DNA from: Perkinsela sp. CCAP 1560/9
Taxonomy: Eukaryota > Protista > Euglenozoa: Kinetoplastea
Length of the DNA: 64,000 bases
Direction: 5' to 3'
NCBI GenBank assembly: GCA_965644495.1
Contig: CBFFSA010000002.1
Coordinates: 186,001-250,000, forward strand
The position numbers and the translations under genes are program-made. The notes beneath the pieces were generated by a model. The model was not told the DNA's origin, ran no database searches, and was given only the letters and a program-made list of their open reading frames with translations. The first letter of the stretch is position 1. Each line of letters opens with the position of its first letter. Of the stretch, positions 9,707 to 21,358 are shown in pieces.

Positions 9707-12700
9707 CTAGTTTTCAAAAAAGCAGATGCTCGGCTTCGAAGTACGACACTTTTGCGCTGTAGCGAAATGTACATTATCATTTTCTACCACATCACGATCG
9801 ACAATATCAATGTGCGATACTGAGGTAAATTCCTCCAAAAATCCACGCTGTTCTAGTAGGGTTGCGTAATCGTTTACCGCAGGATAAAGCTTCTCTACTT
9901 CATGTAAAATACTATTATCCCTAACATACGCTAGGAACGAGAGTGCATCTGCTACGTACTTAGATGTTTCGGCATGGTTTTTAAGGGGACTGGCATATAG
10001 TTTTGCGACATCTCCATCAACAGCAAAAATTCCCTGTGTAACACCTTTTTCCTTTGATACTACAGTAAGAGCATGCCGCTGCCAGGAAGTGTAACACGAG
10101 GAAGCGAATATACGAACGGCATTGATTTTTGGACGCTTCTTTACCGCTTTCACTAAATTCCCTCGAATATCACACAAAGTATCCTGCAGTAGTTTCTGAG
10201 TCAGTTGCAATGCCAGACTGACTTTGGGGGCATCGGGCCATTGTACTCCAAAAGACTGAATTGATGGGAGCTTCCCGGGATATACCTCAACACAGTTTTG
10301 GTATATATGCTCTGCCGTATGGGGGGCTATAGGGCATAATAGTTTGGCCTGAACTTCCACATATCTGCGAGCAATGTCATGATGAAGTCCCTCAGCTCCG
10401 CAGTATAATTTCCATTCATCACGTGCGTTCGTCAGATCAAAAAACATGCAATGTAACACGTTTCGAAACTGCATATTCGTATACGCCTTCTCACATTCTA
10501 CTATCGAGTGCGATATGTGATTGTCAAATATTTTATCAAAAAGGTTCCTTTTGCCGTCGCGCATCTTCTGCCTGGAACTGACAAAGTCCTCACAGAAATC
10601 GATAATCTGGCCCAATTTCGAAATTATAGAAGGTAAATTGTTGGTAACAAAGTTAGGATCATCCAACGAATCACCCGCGTCGGCCAAAGCCAGTCGCGCA
10701 GCATCAGAAGTGTACTGATCAACAGTTTCCTTTAGGGTCCTAAAGTTACCTTTTGATTTGCTCATCTTTTCTTTGTTGACAAGGATGTGACCGTTACAAT
10801 AATATGCCCGAGGCCATAACTCTGGTTTGGTGGGCCAGACAGCGGCGTGATTATAAAGGCACATAGTTAAGTGATTCTGAATTAAATCTTTACCACTGAC
10901 TCGCAAATCTACAGGATACCAGTAAAGAAATTCTCTTCTCATGCGACGTAGGAGTGAACTTGGAATTCCACATTCAACAGGCTCGAATTCTCCAAAGAAA
11001 ATGTAATTCCATACCTCGTTCGTCATGGACGACGCCTCAATGCCATAATCTGGAGAAGGACGTGATCCATCGATGTTATCCTCCCCATGCAACAAGTGGC
11101 ATATGGTATAATACGCCATATAAATAGTGCTGTCCGAAAGAGAATCCACGAGATACCTCTCAGCCCCCGCGTACGGCAGTCGCGAGCCCAGACCAAAAGT
11201 TCGGCTACACGCCCAATCTCCCAACCACGACAGCGTCTCACAGAGACCATTTCGCACTGCCGGGCTGTAACATTCCATTGTTTGCGCGACATGGCGTTCT
11301 ACAGCTTCTCTCCAACTCTCCTCCCCGTACCGGAGATACCACTGGTCGACCAGCGCCACCACGCATTCGTCTCCACTACGGGAGATGACCAACCCGTCGG
11401 GCTCGGAGTACGCAAGTGCCTGGCCACTTTCTGTCATCTCTTTCTTCGCCAGCATTTTAGCCGCGCTCACCGGTTTGCCACAGTACGGGCCTGTGATCAT
11501 AACCCCTCGATAGAAACCTTCACGATAGGTCATTTGCTTCGCGGCTAAAAGCTTCTCCGCGTCTTTTGGTCCACTGACTTGGTGGATAGCGCACGCCACC
11601 TCTGCTGAGTTTTCCCCAAGTTCGCTGTTCGGAACCTGGATAATCGCCACGGGGTTGAAATTCATAATCCACTCATCGTTAAGTCCAAGCTTAAATCGAT
11701 AATCCGGCTTTCGTTTCAGCGCTTGTAGATTAATAAAGTCATCAGGACTGTCGGAGGGCACAGACACCACGATTGCGGTTCCCTTGGATTCGGAAATGGT
11801 GTCCATCGGCAGCGCGTACACGGACGCATATGGTCCCATGGGTGTTAGCAGTCGTGTGCCCACGAGATCCTGTCCGGAGACTTCAAAAAGAGAATCTGAT
11901 CCCATGCCTTGCATTTGATAACGCAGGTTTCTTGCGCTGCGCTTTGTCATAATAAAAATTTCGTTTTGGACAAGATACGCGCTGTAGTTTATGCTTGGGG
12001 ATACCCAACAATTCGTAAGCCCAGGCATTGTTTCAGGGCGAAGTGTGGCTGCAGGAAAAATGACGGAGCGAAAGCCAATGAGCGCTGCAAAACGAGAAAT
12101 CGCTGGATGCGAAGAGGGATCGGCAACTTGAAGCTTTATTAAGGTGTATTCTTGAGGAAGAACTCCTTCTCCTGAGGCACGATCGTGATCTTGGCACGGC
12201 TGTTCGTCAAGGGGTGAAAATACGGTATAGCGCTTACCGAAGGCTATTTTTTTGCCCCTTTTTAGTATGTCGAATTGCCAACGAACAAAACCGTCATAGT
12301 AAGGGTTCAAACTCGTTGTGATAAATGAACGGCGGTAGTCAATGCGAGCACCAAATGCCTTGAGATCTTCAAGAGCCCGTGGAGGAAAGACTTTTAGCCA
12401 ATGTTCCGGGTCTCTAAATTCAGAAATATTATCGCACTTCATCTCCTCCAGGATAGTCCACTGTGGCTTCGCCGCAGGACCTTTTTTTCCTTTCTTACTT
12501 TTGAATGCAACGATCTCGGAGCCAGATAGGGGTTTCGAATCCGCTTTCTCCACTGTCTCTTCACTCGGAAATATCGGAGGATTGCCAAAATTTTCAATTT
12601 CATTTTCAAGTTTCTTTGCGCAGGCAGCAATGGGCATTCCTGTGGCATGAAGACCAAATGGCCATAATACGTGCTTGCCTTTCATGCGAGCAAAACCGGC

Positions 12701-12922
12701 CGCGAACTCTGACTTAGATAAGGAGAAAGCGTGTCCCAAATGAAGCAAACCATTCATATACGGATAAGGAAATGTCACAAAATACTTGTTTTCGTTCTTC
12801 TCGAAGTTCGATGGGGCGTCTGCTTCGAAGACTTTTTCTTTCGACCAGAGTTCTTGAGATGCCTTTTCAATGGAACGCAATTTCTCTACGCGCGTACTCG
12901 ATATACTGGATGCGCCTTTCAT
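9707..12922 (-). CDS. LARS1: Leucyl-tRNA synthetase, eukaryotic/archaeal type
   Basis: FPYPYMNGLLHLGH, ATLRPET, GKDLIQNHL, KMSKS. Confidence 0.97.
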   Translation of the reverse strand: MKGASSISSTRVEKLRSIEKASQELWSKEKVFEADAPSNFEKNENKYFVTFPYPYMNGLLHLGHAFSLSKSEFAAGFARMKGKHVLWPFGLHATGMPIAACAKKLENEIENFGNPPIFPSEETVEKADSKPLSGSEIVAFKSKKGKKGPAAKPQWTILEEMKCDNISEFRDPEHWLKVFPPRALEDLKAFGARIDYRRSFITTSLNPYYDGFVRWQFDILKRGKKIAFGKRYTVFSPLDEQPCQDHDRASGEGVLPQEYTLIKLQVADPSSHPAISRFAALIGFRSVIFPAATLRPETMPGLTNCWVSPSINYSAYLVQNEIFIMTKRSARNLRYQMQGMGSDSLFEVSGQDLVGTRLLTPMGPYASVYALPMDTISESKGTAIVVSVPSDSPDDFINLQALKRKPDYRFKLGLNDEWIMNFNPVAIIQVPNSELGENSAEVACAIHQVSGPKDAEKLLAAKQMTYREGFYRGVMITGPYCGKPVSAAKMLAKKEMTESGQALAYSEPDGLVISRSGDECVVALVDQWYLRYGEESWREAVERHVAQTMECYSPAVRNGLCETLSWLGDWACSRTFGLGSRLPYAGAERYLVDSLSDSTIYMAYYTICHLLHGEDNIDGSRPSPDYGIEASSMTNEVWNYIFFGEFEPVECGIPSSLLRRMRREFLYWYPVDLRVSGKDLIQNHLTMCLYNHAAVWPTKPELWPRAYYCNGHILVNKEKMSKSKGNFRTLKETVDQYTSDAARLALADAGDSLDDPNFVTNNLPSIISKLGQIIDFCEDFVSSRQKMRDGKRNLFDKIFDNHISHSIVECEKAYTNMQFRNVLHCMFFDLTNARDEWKLYCGAEGLHHDIARRYVEVQAKLLCPIAPHTAEHIYQNCVEVYPGKLPSIQSFGVQWPDAPKVSLALQLTQKLLQDTLCDIRGNLVKAVKKRPKINAVRIFASSCYTSWQRHALTVVSKEKGVTQGIFAVDGDVAKLYASPLKNHAETSKYVADALSFLAYVRDNSILHEVEKLYPAVNDYATLLEQRGFLEEFTSVSHIDIVDRDVVENDNVHFATAQKCRTSKPSICFFEN

Positions 12923-13099
12923 TAATATTGTATGTCGACGCAAAATGAATAACCCGGATACAAAAGTGGCTATAAAGCGATATAAAACGATAATAAGCGA
13001 TATAAAACCTTTTTATCATTACTATTTCGTACTCTTATTTATTATGGCTCAAAGTATTATGGCAAAGTAGGCTCAACTCTATTGATAGATGTAGATATA

Positions 13100-13276
13100 C
13101 GGTCCCCCCTGTTTAAGCGCACCTCGTTTTCCGTGAAATGTGCGCTTCAACGAGGGGGTCTGAATCAGTACATAAAAAAACATTGGCGCCGCTTAGCGGC
13201 GCCGGAGACTTCACCTCAACTCTATGTGCGCTTAAACGGGGGGTCTGACCGGGTGCGCTTAAGGGGAGGGGGACAG
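13100..13276. mobile_element. TA-flanked MITE (Tc1/mariner-pogo type)
   Basis: TA|CGGTCCCCCCTGTTTAAGCGCACC ... GGTGCGCTTAAGGGGAGGGGGACAG|TA; internal hairpin GGCGCCGCTTAGCGGCGCC. Confidence 0.8.
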
Positions 13277-13488
13277 TACCAATAAACCATGTACAATTGC
13301 CGATAATAAATAATGTATATACAAAAATATTTGTACTGGTACTTGTACCGTGCAACTCGCAGGAAACATACGAGTGGATTAATGCCAACTATGTACATAC
13401 ACATAATTCAGCAGGAATGTAAATATTTGGTCAAGTTTTGAGACCAATTTCAAAAAAAGACGTTTTGAACGAAGTGTTAAAAGCCATG

Positions 13489-14895
13489 TTACCACTCGAC
13501 GTCTCCAATAAATAGAGAAATTAGCTCGACGATCTTTGACCCCGTAAAGTACAAAACTGTTATGACAATTAAGAGAAATGCCAGTGAAAGTTCCCAGAGC
13601 TCTCTCCTTATCCATGTGGACAAAGAAAGATATCTTCGAAAAATCTCTCCGAAAGTACTTGAATAATTCTCATTTTTCGTTTTTCTTACCTTTCGCGTCG
13701 CTGGTGCTGCAAAATTCTTTTTCTCGCAAGGAATTTCGGGCATAAAAATTCGTTTATTTCCTGTCGCCGAATTCGTAGATTCTGTAGGAGCAGAGCAATT
13801 CCCCTTAGTTCGCCTCTTTTCACATGGTATTTGAGGAGGAACTGTTTTCACAATATTTATAACATCCGCTTGCCCTGATTCTCTATGAAGTTCCGAGTTC
13901 TCCTTTATTGAAGGCAACTTCGAGTTTTTATTTTGCATGAATGATGCGGCGAGTTCGCTGCGCGCAGTAGAATGCACCTTAGCGACGGAGTCCGATTCTT
14001 CCCTATTACCTCTTAGAAGAGATTCTATACGAAAGCCTTTCTTCCAAATTTTATCATCCGCCTGGATTTTATCTGCATGCATTCTAGAATTCTTATCGTA
14101 AAATTTATCGACATTACCAGGGTCATGTGGTGAAGCAGCATAAGTTGAGCCTTTCACAAAAAGACTCTTCTCTACGAGATTTGTTTTTGATTCTCCGACG
14201 GCCCAATAATTTTGATATTTTAGATCCAAGTTTGAGGTAAAATCACGTTTGTCAGATGCCTTTCTTTCCAACAAAGATTTTTCATGTCTTCCTTGCAACT
14301 GTTCAAAGTGAGTGCTCGCAAGCGTGAAATCGCTGAGCCAACCGCATACCGCACGCGAATTTTCAAAAGGAAAGCGAGAGCCGACTAGGAGTTCCGTTTT
14401 TGTGTGGCCAAAGCGAAGACCACAAGCATGCTCGATTCCCAGTGACGGCAATGTGGCATCTCCCACAACGCAAAGAAAGAGACGAACCCGAATTTTGTGG
14501 CGCAATAGGGGATCTGACACTTGGTCGCCTATAATGAACTTTCCCAAAAAGAGGTCATCTGCATAGTTTGCTGTACTGCCTTCCTCTGATCCTTCATAGG
14601 TTTGTTCACAAAAATTGAGCATCCGTTTTCCAAAATCTTTGTATGAACACATCCAAGACCACATCAGCGTGTAACTGCAACCCTTTTCGTGAGACATTTC
14701 TTTAATTGCAGAGGCAACATCACGCATCGTTGATATAGGAAAGATGCCATTGATATCTGAAGGTGAGTTTTGCGGGAATGACGGTACGTAATTTTTATAC
14801 AGGATCCAATTTTTTGACAAGCTGTATGAACAGTCTTCATCCATTGACCACAGCAAGAAAAAGTCAAATGAAATTGCAAGAATTCTAGACTGCAT
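13489..14895 (-). CDS. Hypothetical protein with C-terminal transmembrane segment
   Basis: 468-aa ORF ending ...LSLAFLLIVITVLYF... Confidence 0.7.
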   Translation of the reverse strand: MQSRILAISFDFFLLWSMDEDCSYSLSKNWILYKNYVPSFPQNSPSDINGIFPISTMRDVASAIKEMSHEKGCSYTLMWSWMCSYKDFGKRMLNFCEQTYEGSEEGSTANYADDLFLGKFIIGDQVSDPLLRHKIRVRLFLCVVGDATLPSLGIEHACGLRFGHTKTELLVGSRFPFENSRAVCGWLSDFTLASTHFEQLQGRHEKSLLERKASDKRDFTSNLDLKYQNYWAVGESKTNLVEKSLFVKGSTYAASPHDPGNVDKFYDKNSRMHADKIQADDKIWKKGFRIESLLRGNREESDSVAKVHSTARSELAASFMQNKNSKLPSIKENSELHRESGQADVINIVKTVPPQIPCEKRRTKGNCSAPTESTNSATGNKRIFMPEIPCEKKNFAAPATRKVRKTKNENYSSTFGEIFRRYLSLSTWIRRELWELSLAFLLIVITVLYFTGSKIVELISLFIGDVEW

Positions 14896-15302
14896 ACGAA
14901 AATAGTGCGATCATCAGAGGAACAACACCATAGGTGTTGTAACATCCATTACTTCTATTAAATTGTTCCCATGATCTAATACAGAATTCATTGAAACAAT
15001 GCCTCAATACCCGTACAGTGGTATGTATACATACCGGGGTAGGTATAATACCCCGGCATACGATATGTAAGAAAAATACCGTACCAGTGTTGAGCGATTA
15101 CTAGCGAAGGGGAGACCTTATTCGTAAAATAACTTAAAAACAATCCCAAACGTTCCCCATCATCTTCCACACGATTCAGCGAAACGATAAAACTTCCGAT
15201 TTGGTATTAGAGCGATCATGAAGCTGCAATGGGGTAGTGGGCGAAAGCTTTAACACCGTTTCGCTTCCAGCTAAAGTTATAAATAGTAGGCGCAATGTTT
15301 AT

Positions 15303-15812
15303 TCAACATCGTCTCGTAAAATGATTATTTCTATTCGTGGTTTTGAGTTGTACTGTCCTTCTCAAAAGTTTGCTGGTGTGTGCGAATGGGTAGTGGGGAA
15401 GTCGCGCAAAATCCACATCATCCGTACTGGTGTCAACCTGCGACCATGTGGGAGGCGTCCCGCATTCATTCATTCTCGCCATGTGTTTAGAGAGGGACTG
15501 TTGCAAGAAGAGAAGTGAGTCATTCTCTTCCCTTTCTTCGGCTACACTTGTGGTTTCAACCTCTTCCGTCTGATCCACATTTCCATTTGATACACAGACA
15601 TTATCCTCCGGTGCATGTTGAGACACTGTTGAAGCCCATTCAGCAACAAGGGAAAAGTATTTCCTTAGATTTGTTGAAGATTTGTTCGAAAAATGCGGGG
15701 TGTGGCTTGAAGGACTCGTATCTCGTGCCTTGCGTTGCGCAGGGGGTCGAAACCCATGAGAAGAGCGATATCCCTGCGCAACCACAGACGGTGTTTCTTT
15801 GCTAAGACACAT
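15303..15812 (-). CDS. Hypothetical protein
   Basis: 169-aa ORF on the coding strand. Confidence 0.5.
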   Translation of the reverse strand: MCLSKETPSVVAQGYRSSHGFRPPAQRKARDTSPSSHTPHFSNKSSTNLRKYFSLVAEWASTVSQHAPEDNVCVSNGNVDQTEEVETTSVAEEREENDSLLFLQQSLSKHMARMNECGTPPTWSQVDTSTDDVDFARLPHYPFAHTSKLLRRTVQLKTTNRNNHFTRRC

Positions 15813-16149
15813 TTTCTGTTCTATGCGGCACTAGGTCATTAGAAATCAAAGCAGTAAGAATAAAAGAAGACGGAATTCTATTTTAAATATTTATATTTTA
15901 ATTAAATGTAATCTGTACTTAAACTAAAGAAATTACGTAAGACTACCGAGCAAAAAATCTCTCCCCATAGCCGAGAAAGGCATGTGAAAAAAATTTAATA
16001 CGCACTTAACAGCGCATCATTGATCGCCTCAAACAACTATAAAAAACTACACCTTTCGCTAATCTGAGCACAACTAATCTAAATGTTGATTACCCAAAAG
16101 CATCAAACACACAGCACATACCATACACGTATCTGTATACACAATCCTA

Positions 16150-16860
16150 CCCTTCTACCCCCCCCCCCACCCCCTTTTCTCAGCCGCTCTTTTGTTTCTT
16201 CGGCGTCTTATTCTTCTTCAGCAGCATCCGGTGCAGCTGCGGCACCACCCCCCCGCCACGAATCGTCCCCCGCACCACCGCGTCCAGCTCCTCATCCCCG
16301 CGCACCGCGAGGAGGATATGCCGCGGGGTGATCCGTTTCGCCTTTAGATCCATACACGCGTTGCCGGCGAGTTCCAGCACCTCCGCGGTGAGGTACTCCA
16401 CCAGCGCCGCGGTGTAGATCGCCGCACTGGTCCCACAGCGCTGGTGACGGAGCAAGTCCTGTTTTAGTCGACGGTGGATGCGGCCGACGGGGAACTGCAG
16501 CCCCGCCCGAGCGGAGCGTGACAGCGGGGGCTTGCGGACCTTCCCGCTGGTCTTGCCGGCGGATTTCCCGGTCTTGGCTTTGCCGCCCTTGCCGCGGGTT
16601 TTGGCCGCGACTTTGGCGCCGGTGGTGGTGGTGGTGCCGGGTAATGCGGGGGGGAGGGTGGGGGAGGAGGGGGGTGAGTTATCGCGGAGGGGAGAGGGGG
16701 AGGGTTCGGGGGAGAGGCCGAGGGATTCGGAGGCCATGGGGGAGGGAGAAGAAGGAGAGAAGGAAAAGAAAGAGGGAGAGGGAGAGAGAAATAAAGAAAA
16801 TAACTACGAAAGGAGAGTAAATGAGGAATTATAAGAATTGGTAGGGTGAGGATGGTGAGT
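16150..16860. other. GC-rich skew-flip island 1
   Basis: + strand C runs at ~16150-16400, G runs at ~16620-16860. Confidence 0.8.
16180..16737 (-). CDS. H2AZ: Histone variant H2A.Z with long kinetoplastid-type N-tail
   Basis: [49 protein letters not shown]. Confidence 0.95.
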   Translation of the reverse strand: MASESLGLSPEPSPSPLRDNSPPSSPTLPPALPGTTTTTGAKVAAKTRGKGGKAKTGKSAGKTSGKVRKPPLSRSARAGLQFPVGRIHRRLKQDLLRHQRCGTSAAIYTAALVEYLTAEVLELAGNACMDLKAKRITPRHILLAVRGDEELDAVVRGTIRGGGVVPQLHRMLLKKNKTPKKQKSG

Positions 16861-17235
16861 ACAAGGAGATGGACAGGAAGCATCACATCGCGAGAAAATA
16901 TTCCTAGTTAGAGAGGTGAAACTTAAAAAAACGGCACCTGAACGAAACGGGGCAAACCGACTCAATCCCATTGAAATCAATGGCGATTTCTAATTGTCGG
17001 TTTTTCAAGGATGGTTCCCAGCTTTTTCGGGGAGCCATGCACCATGGTGGCCCCCCTTTAAGACCACTAGGCGTTACTCTGCCCCAGGACAACGAAACAG
17101 TGCCTAGAAGCACACATGACAGAAAAATGATGCCTGGGCGAAATACTAGACTGCACTTATTTTTCCGTTATCGGAATAGCCACTACCACATTGGACGAAA
17201 AAGTGACTGTAGAGTTTAGAAAGAACGACTTGGAC

Positions 17236-17421
17236 GAGGAACTAGAAATTGGCTGCGGGTTTTCTTATTCGATTCACAAAGTTCAAGGGGCTGCTGTCCT
17301 GGGAAATTTGTGCGTTGATCTTAATCAACGCCCATAAACTTATCACAGATGTATGCTGACTCACGCTTCCGTTTACGTTGCTCTTTCGAGAGTAAAGTCA
17401 GGACAGCAGATATGGTTGTTC
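17236..17421 (+). pseudogene. Pif1/RecD-like SF1B helicase C-terminal fragment
   Basis: GFSYSIHKVQG...VDLNQRP*...VYVALSRVKS (motifs V/VI) with in-frame TAA at 17335-17337. Confidence 0.8.
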
Positions 17422-17562
17422 CATAACTTTCCAAAGAAATGCGAACAAGACTCCTTGAAGGAGTCTTGTAAAACCGAAAAGGCATACTCAGGCCAATCCT
17501 TCAGGCTAATAAGATTGGTATGCCTTTTTGGTTTGACTAGCATTTTGTGTTGTGCATGATTC

Positions 17563-17670
17563 TTCCGAATAGGGAAGCATTACCTAGGTGTCCACGACAG
17601 CACTGTAAAGTTGTGGGTAAAACGCTTCGAGGAAACCGGAGATATTGAGCGTGCTACGCCCTTCTCGAAG
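17563..17670 (+). pseudogene. Tc1/IS630-like transposase N-terminal HTH fragment
   Basis: LGVHDSTVKLWVKRFEETGDIER. Confidence 0.65.
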
Positions 17671-18434
17671 CGTGCCGTGAAATTATCGACAAATATGACA
17701 GCTTCGTCACATTGTTTGCTATGACGAGAAAAGTTCACTTGTCAACTTGGACAGAAAAGCCGTTCTTACATTGGCAGAGCATGACCAGCATAAAGACGAA
17801 TAAGAAAGACGAATAAACACAGTAACTAGTAGAAGTAAATAGACTGCGCCAGGCGAGCCGAAGCGAACCGACCCCGAACTTAAACCGAATTTCGCTTCAG
17901 TTTAGCCGGTTTCATCCCTCTAAGTTAGGGGAGGTGACGGTACTTACGCGTTTATGAGGAGACGATATTCTGTTTTAATTAATAGCGAATGTTTCTATTA
18001 TTGAAATGAATTGGGTGCAAAGTCTTAGGAAGAACTGAAGGGTCAATCTCAACATAAAGATCCATGCTTTCAAGAAAAATTCAAGTTTTCAGGAAGACGA
18101 TCAAACATCACTAAACCAGAGAAAGAGTTGTTATCCGTTGTAAAATACATCAGTGAAGACGCGCTACACGGTGGTGCGAAGCGGAGGCCCCTCTTCAAAG
18201 GAAAGAAGAGTTTCCGGCCCTAGCGCCAGCCGGAAACGAACACGCATAAAGTTTTAAGCGTATGCTCGTTTCCGGGAAAGGAAAAGACGAACTAGAGAAA
18301 ATACACCAAGGTACGTAAACTGTATCTTAGTAAAAAGAACATGGATTCGTGAGATCAAGATTTCCTTCAAATTGGTTGTCACTGAGTCGGTTGAGTCTGA
18401 GGGCCTGGTAGATTCGGAGGTCCAGATAATTCCA

Positions 18435-18758
18435 GATTACTCCGGACGGTCACTGGCAAGCCAGACCCTTCGCAGACTGATTTGGAAATTCCGAGGCCGA
18501 CGTCCTCTACCAGTTTCCTCTTGTCCAAGGCGGTACCAACGCACTGCTACCAAAACGCTGCGTCGACGAATTGTTCGCCAACACGGCTTACCCAAGAGGT
18601 GTAATCCGGGTAAGGGACCTGTTTCCCTGAGGGGAGGGTCCGGGTCGGTCCTCCGAATACTGGGCCTAGTCGGTTCTCAGCCCAGCCTCCTAGAGTGCGG
18701 CCGCCGGGAATAATGCGATGAGCGGGTTTGAACTCGCCGTCTGAGAACACCATGTGCT
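18435..18758 (+). repeat. ~320-bp dispersed GC-rich repeat, copy A
   Basis: Aligns by eye end-to-end with the reverse complement of 25429-25750. Confidence 0.92.
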
Positions 18759-18829
18759 TCAAACTTTGAATTCTTGCCACTCCGCCACCTGAATCAGCAT
18801 GGGGTGATAAAATAAAATAAAATTCTGTG

Positions 18830-19768
18830 TCAGTCAGTGGGCCCAATGCAGGGCCCGAGTGACCCAGCATGGCCCCCAGTGGGCCTTGGTGGCCCCGAGT
18901 GGACCCGAAAACCGGCGATAAATATACTGTCGCTCCGATGACGTTTCGGACCGCTAACCTCATTTCTTCTATTTGTATCTCGTATCTCTACGATTTCAAC
19001 CTCAGCTTCTGCGGAGATGGAACTACGAGGCGGAGGTCTCGCCACGTGGACGAGGTGGAATTTGTCTGTCTTTCGGTGTTTGATGATGCGACGTTGTAGA
19101 AGGTCATCTTTAAGGGAAGTGACTTCACTTCCTTCCAGTGTAGCCAAAAGTTTATCCTTGACATCATCTTGAATTTGGTGAAAAAAACTTTGGATCAACT
19201 TCAAGGTTTGCATCCCACAAGGTCGATAAAAAGCTTTCCACCAAAGCTGCTTGATCGTCGCGTAGTCTCTTTTTGAAAAAGAGAAAAATTTTCTCGTTCG
19301 CACGCACAACCTCGTACATGCGCCACATGTTTCGAAGAAATTCTTGCAGGGAGTTGCGTGGGTGATTAAAGTATGCGCATATTGCTTCCGAGAGATGTAG
19401 CGCTTGATGGAAACATCTTTAGCTCGCTTGATCAAGATAAGGACCTGTGCCACGTGACCGAACATGAGTTTCGTGCCTCAAAGCATGCGGCCAACGTACT
19501 CTGCACACACATTGAGAATTTTAGTCTCTTGAAGCTCACGAGCGTGAAGATGGTCGATGGCACTGGGCAGAAGTCGTTCCGAATCCTTTGGAGCATTGCA
19601 TAGAGGACAGTAGTTCGTGCCTATGATTACAGAGACCCTTTGACATTGGATGCAAGGATCCTTTGCATCACTTTCAATGGTGCATGCACACATTACACAC
19701 CGTATAGGTTCCCCCAAAGACACGTGGCGGTCCACCTTGCAGCGAGGACAATACATTTTTCCCATCAT
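18830..19768 (-). pseudogene. Multi-CxxC (double zinc-ribbon-like) ORF split by one in-frame TGA
   Basis: 19478..19768 and 18830..19465 share a frame; CPRC, CVMC, CIQC, CPLC; 18-bp direct repeat at 18889 and 19929. Confidence 0.55.
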
Positions 19769-20376
19769 AATAATTTTGAATAGATGGAGAGTTCGAATCT
19801 AGAGAATAATAATGAGTATCATTTTGCATCACAAGGGGGCAACTTTTAAGAAATAACAGTAACAATCCAGATCTGCTCAACTAAAATTATAAAAAATGAT
19901 CAGCAAAGACCAGTAGCAGTGCCACACCGTGGCCCCGAGTGGACCCAAAAAAGATGTCAAGTTGCAGGGGGTCTAGTGCCAGCCACACTTGCATGGACTC
20001 CATTACGGTGTTCCTCTATATATTTTCACTGTTTTCACTTGTTTTTCAATAATCGAGGGCAGAGCGGTAGTTATACAACCACCGCAATTGAAGTTTTTAC
20101 GGTAAGTGGATCTAAAGGCGAATTTAAGCGTTAGGGAATCTAATGAGAGAAAGCACCGGCAAGATATGCTTTAAATATAATTTTAGATACATACATGTAA
20201 CTGCAAGGAAGGGAGACTTCGGTTTCTAGTTTCTACTACTGGAGGACTTTAATTAATCGTTCAATTGATGTTTCCTTGGACTTTTAAAGTCCAAGGTATG
20301 TAAACGCTTTAGACTCATTAGCAAGGTACTTCGGTTAACATATTTTGATAAAGAAAGACATGAAAAAATCCAGATG

Positions 20377-20943
20377 TCACTTCTTTTTCGAGAAGGTTTG
20401 TGTCATGTTGCACACGTTGTAAAGAATATGCTGTGCATTGCGTTGGACGGCGTCCTTGACCAAGCCAACCTCGGAACTTTGAATACTGTGGATCAATGAC
20501 TTCGTGTGTTGAATTTGATTCTTCTGCTCTTTTAGAAGTGTAATAAGCTCTTTCATTGCAGTATCTTGCTGATCTCGAAGTGCAGCCAATGCGCATTGAC
20601 GAAGACGATGCGAATACAGAGCGATAGTTAACTCAGCACCCATAGGAAGCAGGCAAGTTTTTTTTGCCATGTTCCCTGATGGAGAATCACCATTTCCGCG
20701 TTGAATGCTTTCTAAACCTTCATGACATTTTTTTGAAGTTCGTAGCAAAGGTAGTGAAATTACTCTGAGCAAGTGAGCCCAACTTTCGGGATGTTGTCTG
20801 CTCCAATCCTCGTTGTCACTGTGAGGCGCTATTTGTGGATACGTCTCGATTAACCCGGTGCTCGTCATTTCAAATTGTAGATTCCTTTTCGAATAAACAA
20901 TATTCACAAAATGTAATATCCCGCATGAGAAAATATTGGGCAT
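20377..20943 (-). CDS. Hypothetical protein, coiled-coil C-terminus
   Basis: 188-aa ORF. Confidence 0.55.
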   Translation of the reverse strand: MPNIFSCGILHFVNIVYSKRNLQFEMTSTGLIETYPQIAPHSDNEDWSRQHPESWAHLLRVISLPLLRTSKKCHEGLESIQRGNGDSPSGNMAKKTCLLPMGAELTIALYSHRLRQCALAALRDQQDTAMKELITLLKEQKNQIQHTKSLIHSIQSSEVGLVKDAVQRNAQHILYNVCNMTQTFSKKK

Positions 20944-21358
20944 TAAATAGACTAACGTAAAAAGGGAAATGGCTTAAGGAAAAGACTTGAAATAAAAAAG
21001 GAATAATCAATTGCAAGAAAAGTACTTTGAACGGAACACAAAATTCTTTTTCCTCAGCACGAAGGTTTTAAGATCTTTGACGAAATAACATTAGGACCGA
21101 CATCAGCACACGGAGTCATGGCTAAATGTTTTAGTAGACATGTAAAATACACGTTAGTTCACTACGATAGGACCGCAATATTGAGTTTCCCCTACAACTG
21201 CGTGCTCGAACAACGCGCATGATGTCCAACATGAATACGACATAATCGTGGATTTCAATGCACAGTGTAACCTAACCAGAGTGTAGACATACACTACTGT
21301 ATCTTGAAAAGAACATTACTTTCTTTATGATTTCTTCTACTACATACCAATTCCAGAT

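Larger units (their letters stand above)
16909..17922. mobile_element. Degenerate hAT-like non-autonomous element
   Basis: Ends TAGAGAGGTGAAAC / GTTTCATCCCTCTA; subterminal AAACGG and AACCGA motifs; no 8-bp TSD visible. Confidence 0.5.

Noticed and set aside
12923-12943. Mitochondrial presequence MRRHTIL on LeuRS (dual targeting)
   Set aside because: The ORF-track start at 12943 is TTG, not ATG; the first ATG is 12922.
16464-16886. Pro/Gly-rich overlapping ORFs here and at 31190-32031 and 45742-46495
   Set aside because: By-products of stop-poor GC-rich islands.
17030-17070. Helitron 3' end (hairpin followed by CTAG)
   Set aside because: It lies upstream of the helicase fragment and is not followed by T; too weak to call.
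18673-18752. True tRNA, tmRNA or HDV-like ribozyme (CCCAGCCTCCT resembles the HDV core)
   Set aside because: No D or anticodon arms with correct spacing, the two copies differ in stem lengths, and I found no P1/P1.1 partners. Kept only as tRNA-like.
19478-19480. Selenocysteine or alternative genetic code
   Set aside because: The TGA is not in a redox or CxxC position, no SECIS was identified, and TGA, TAA and TAG all end conserved genes normally here.
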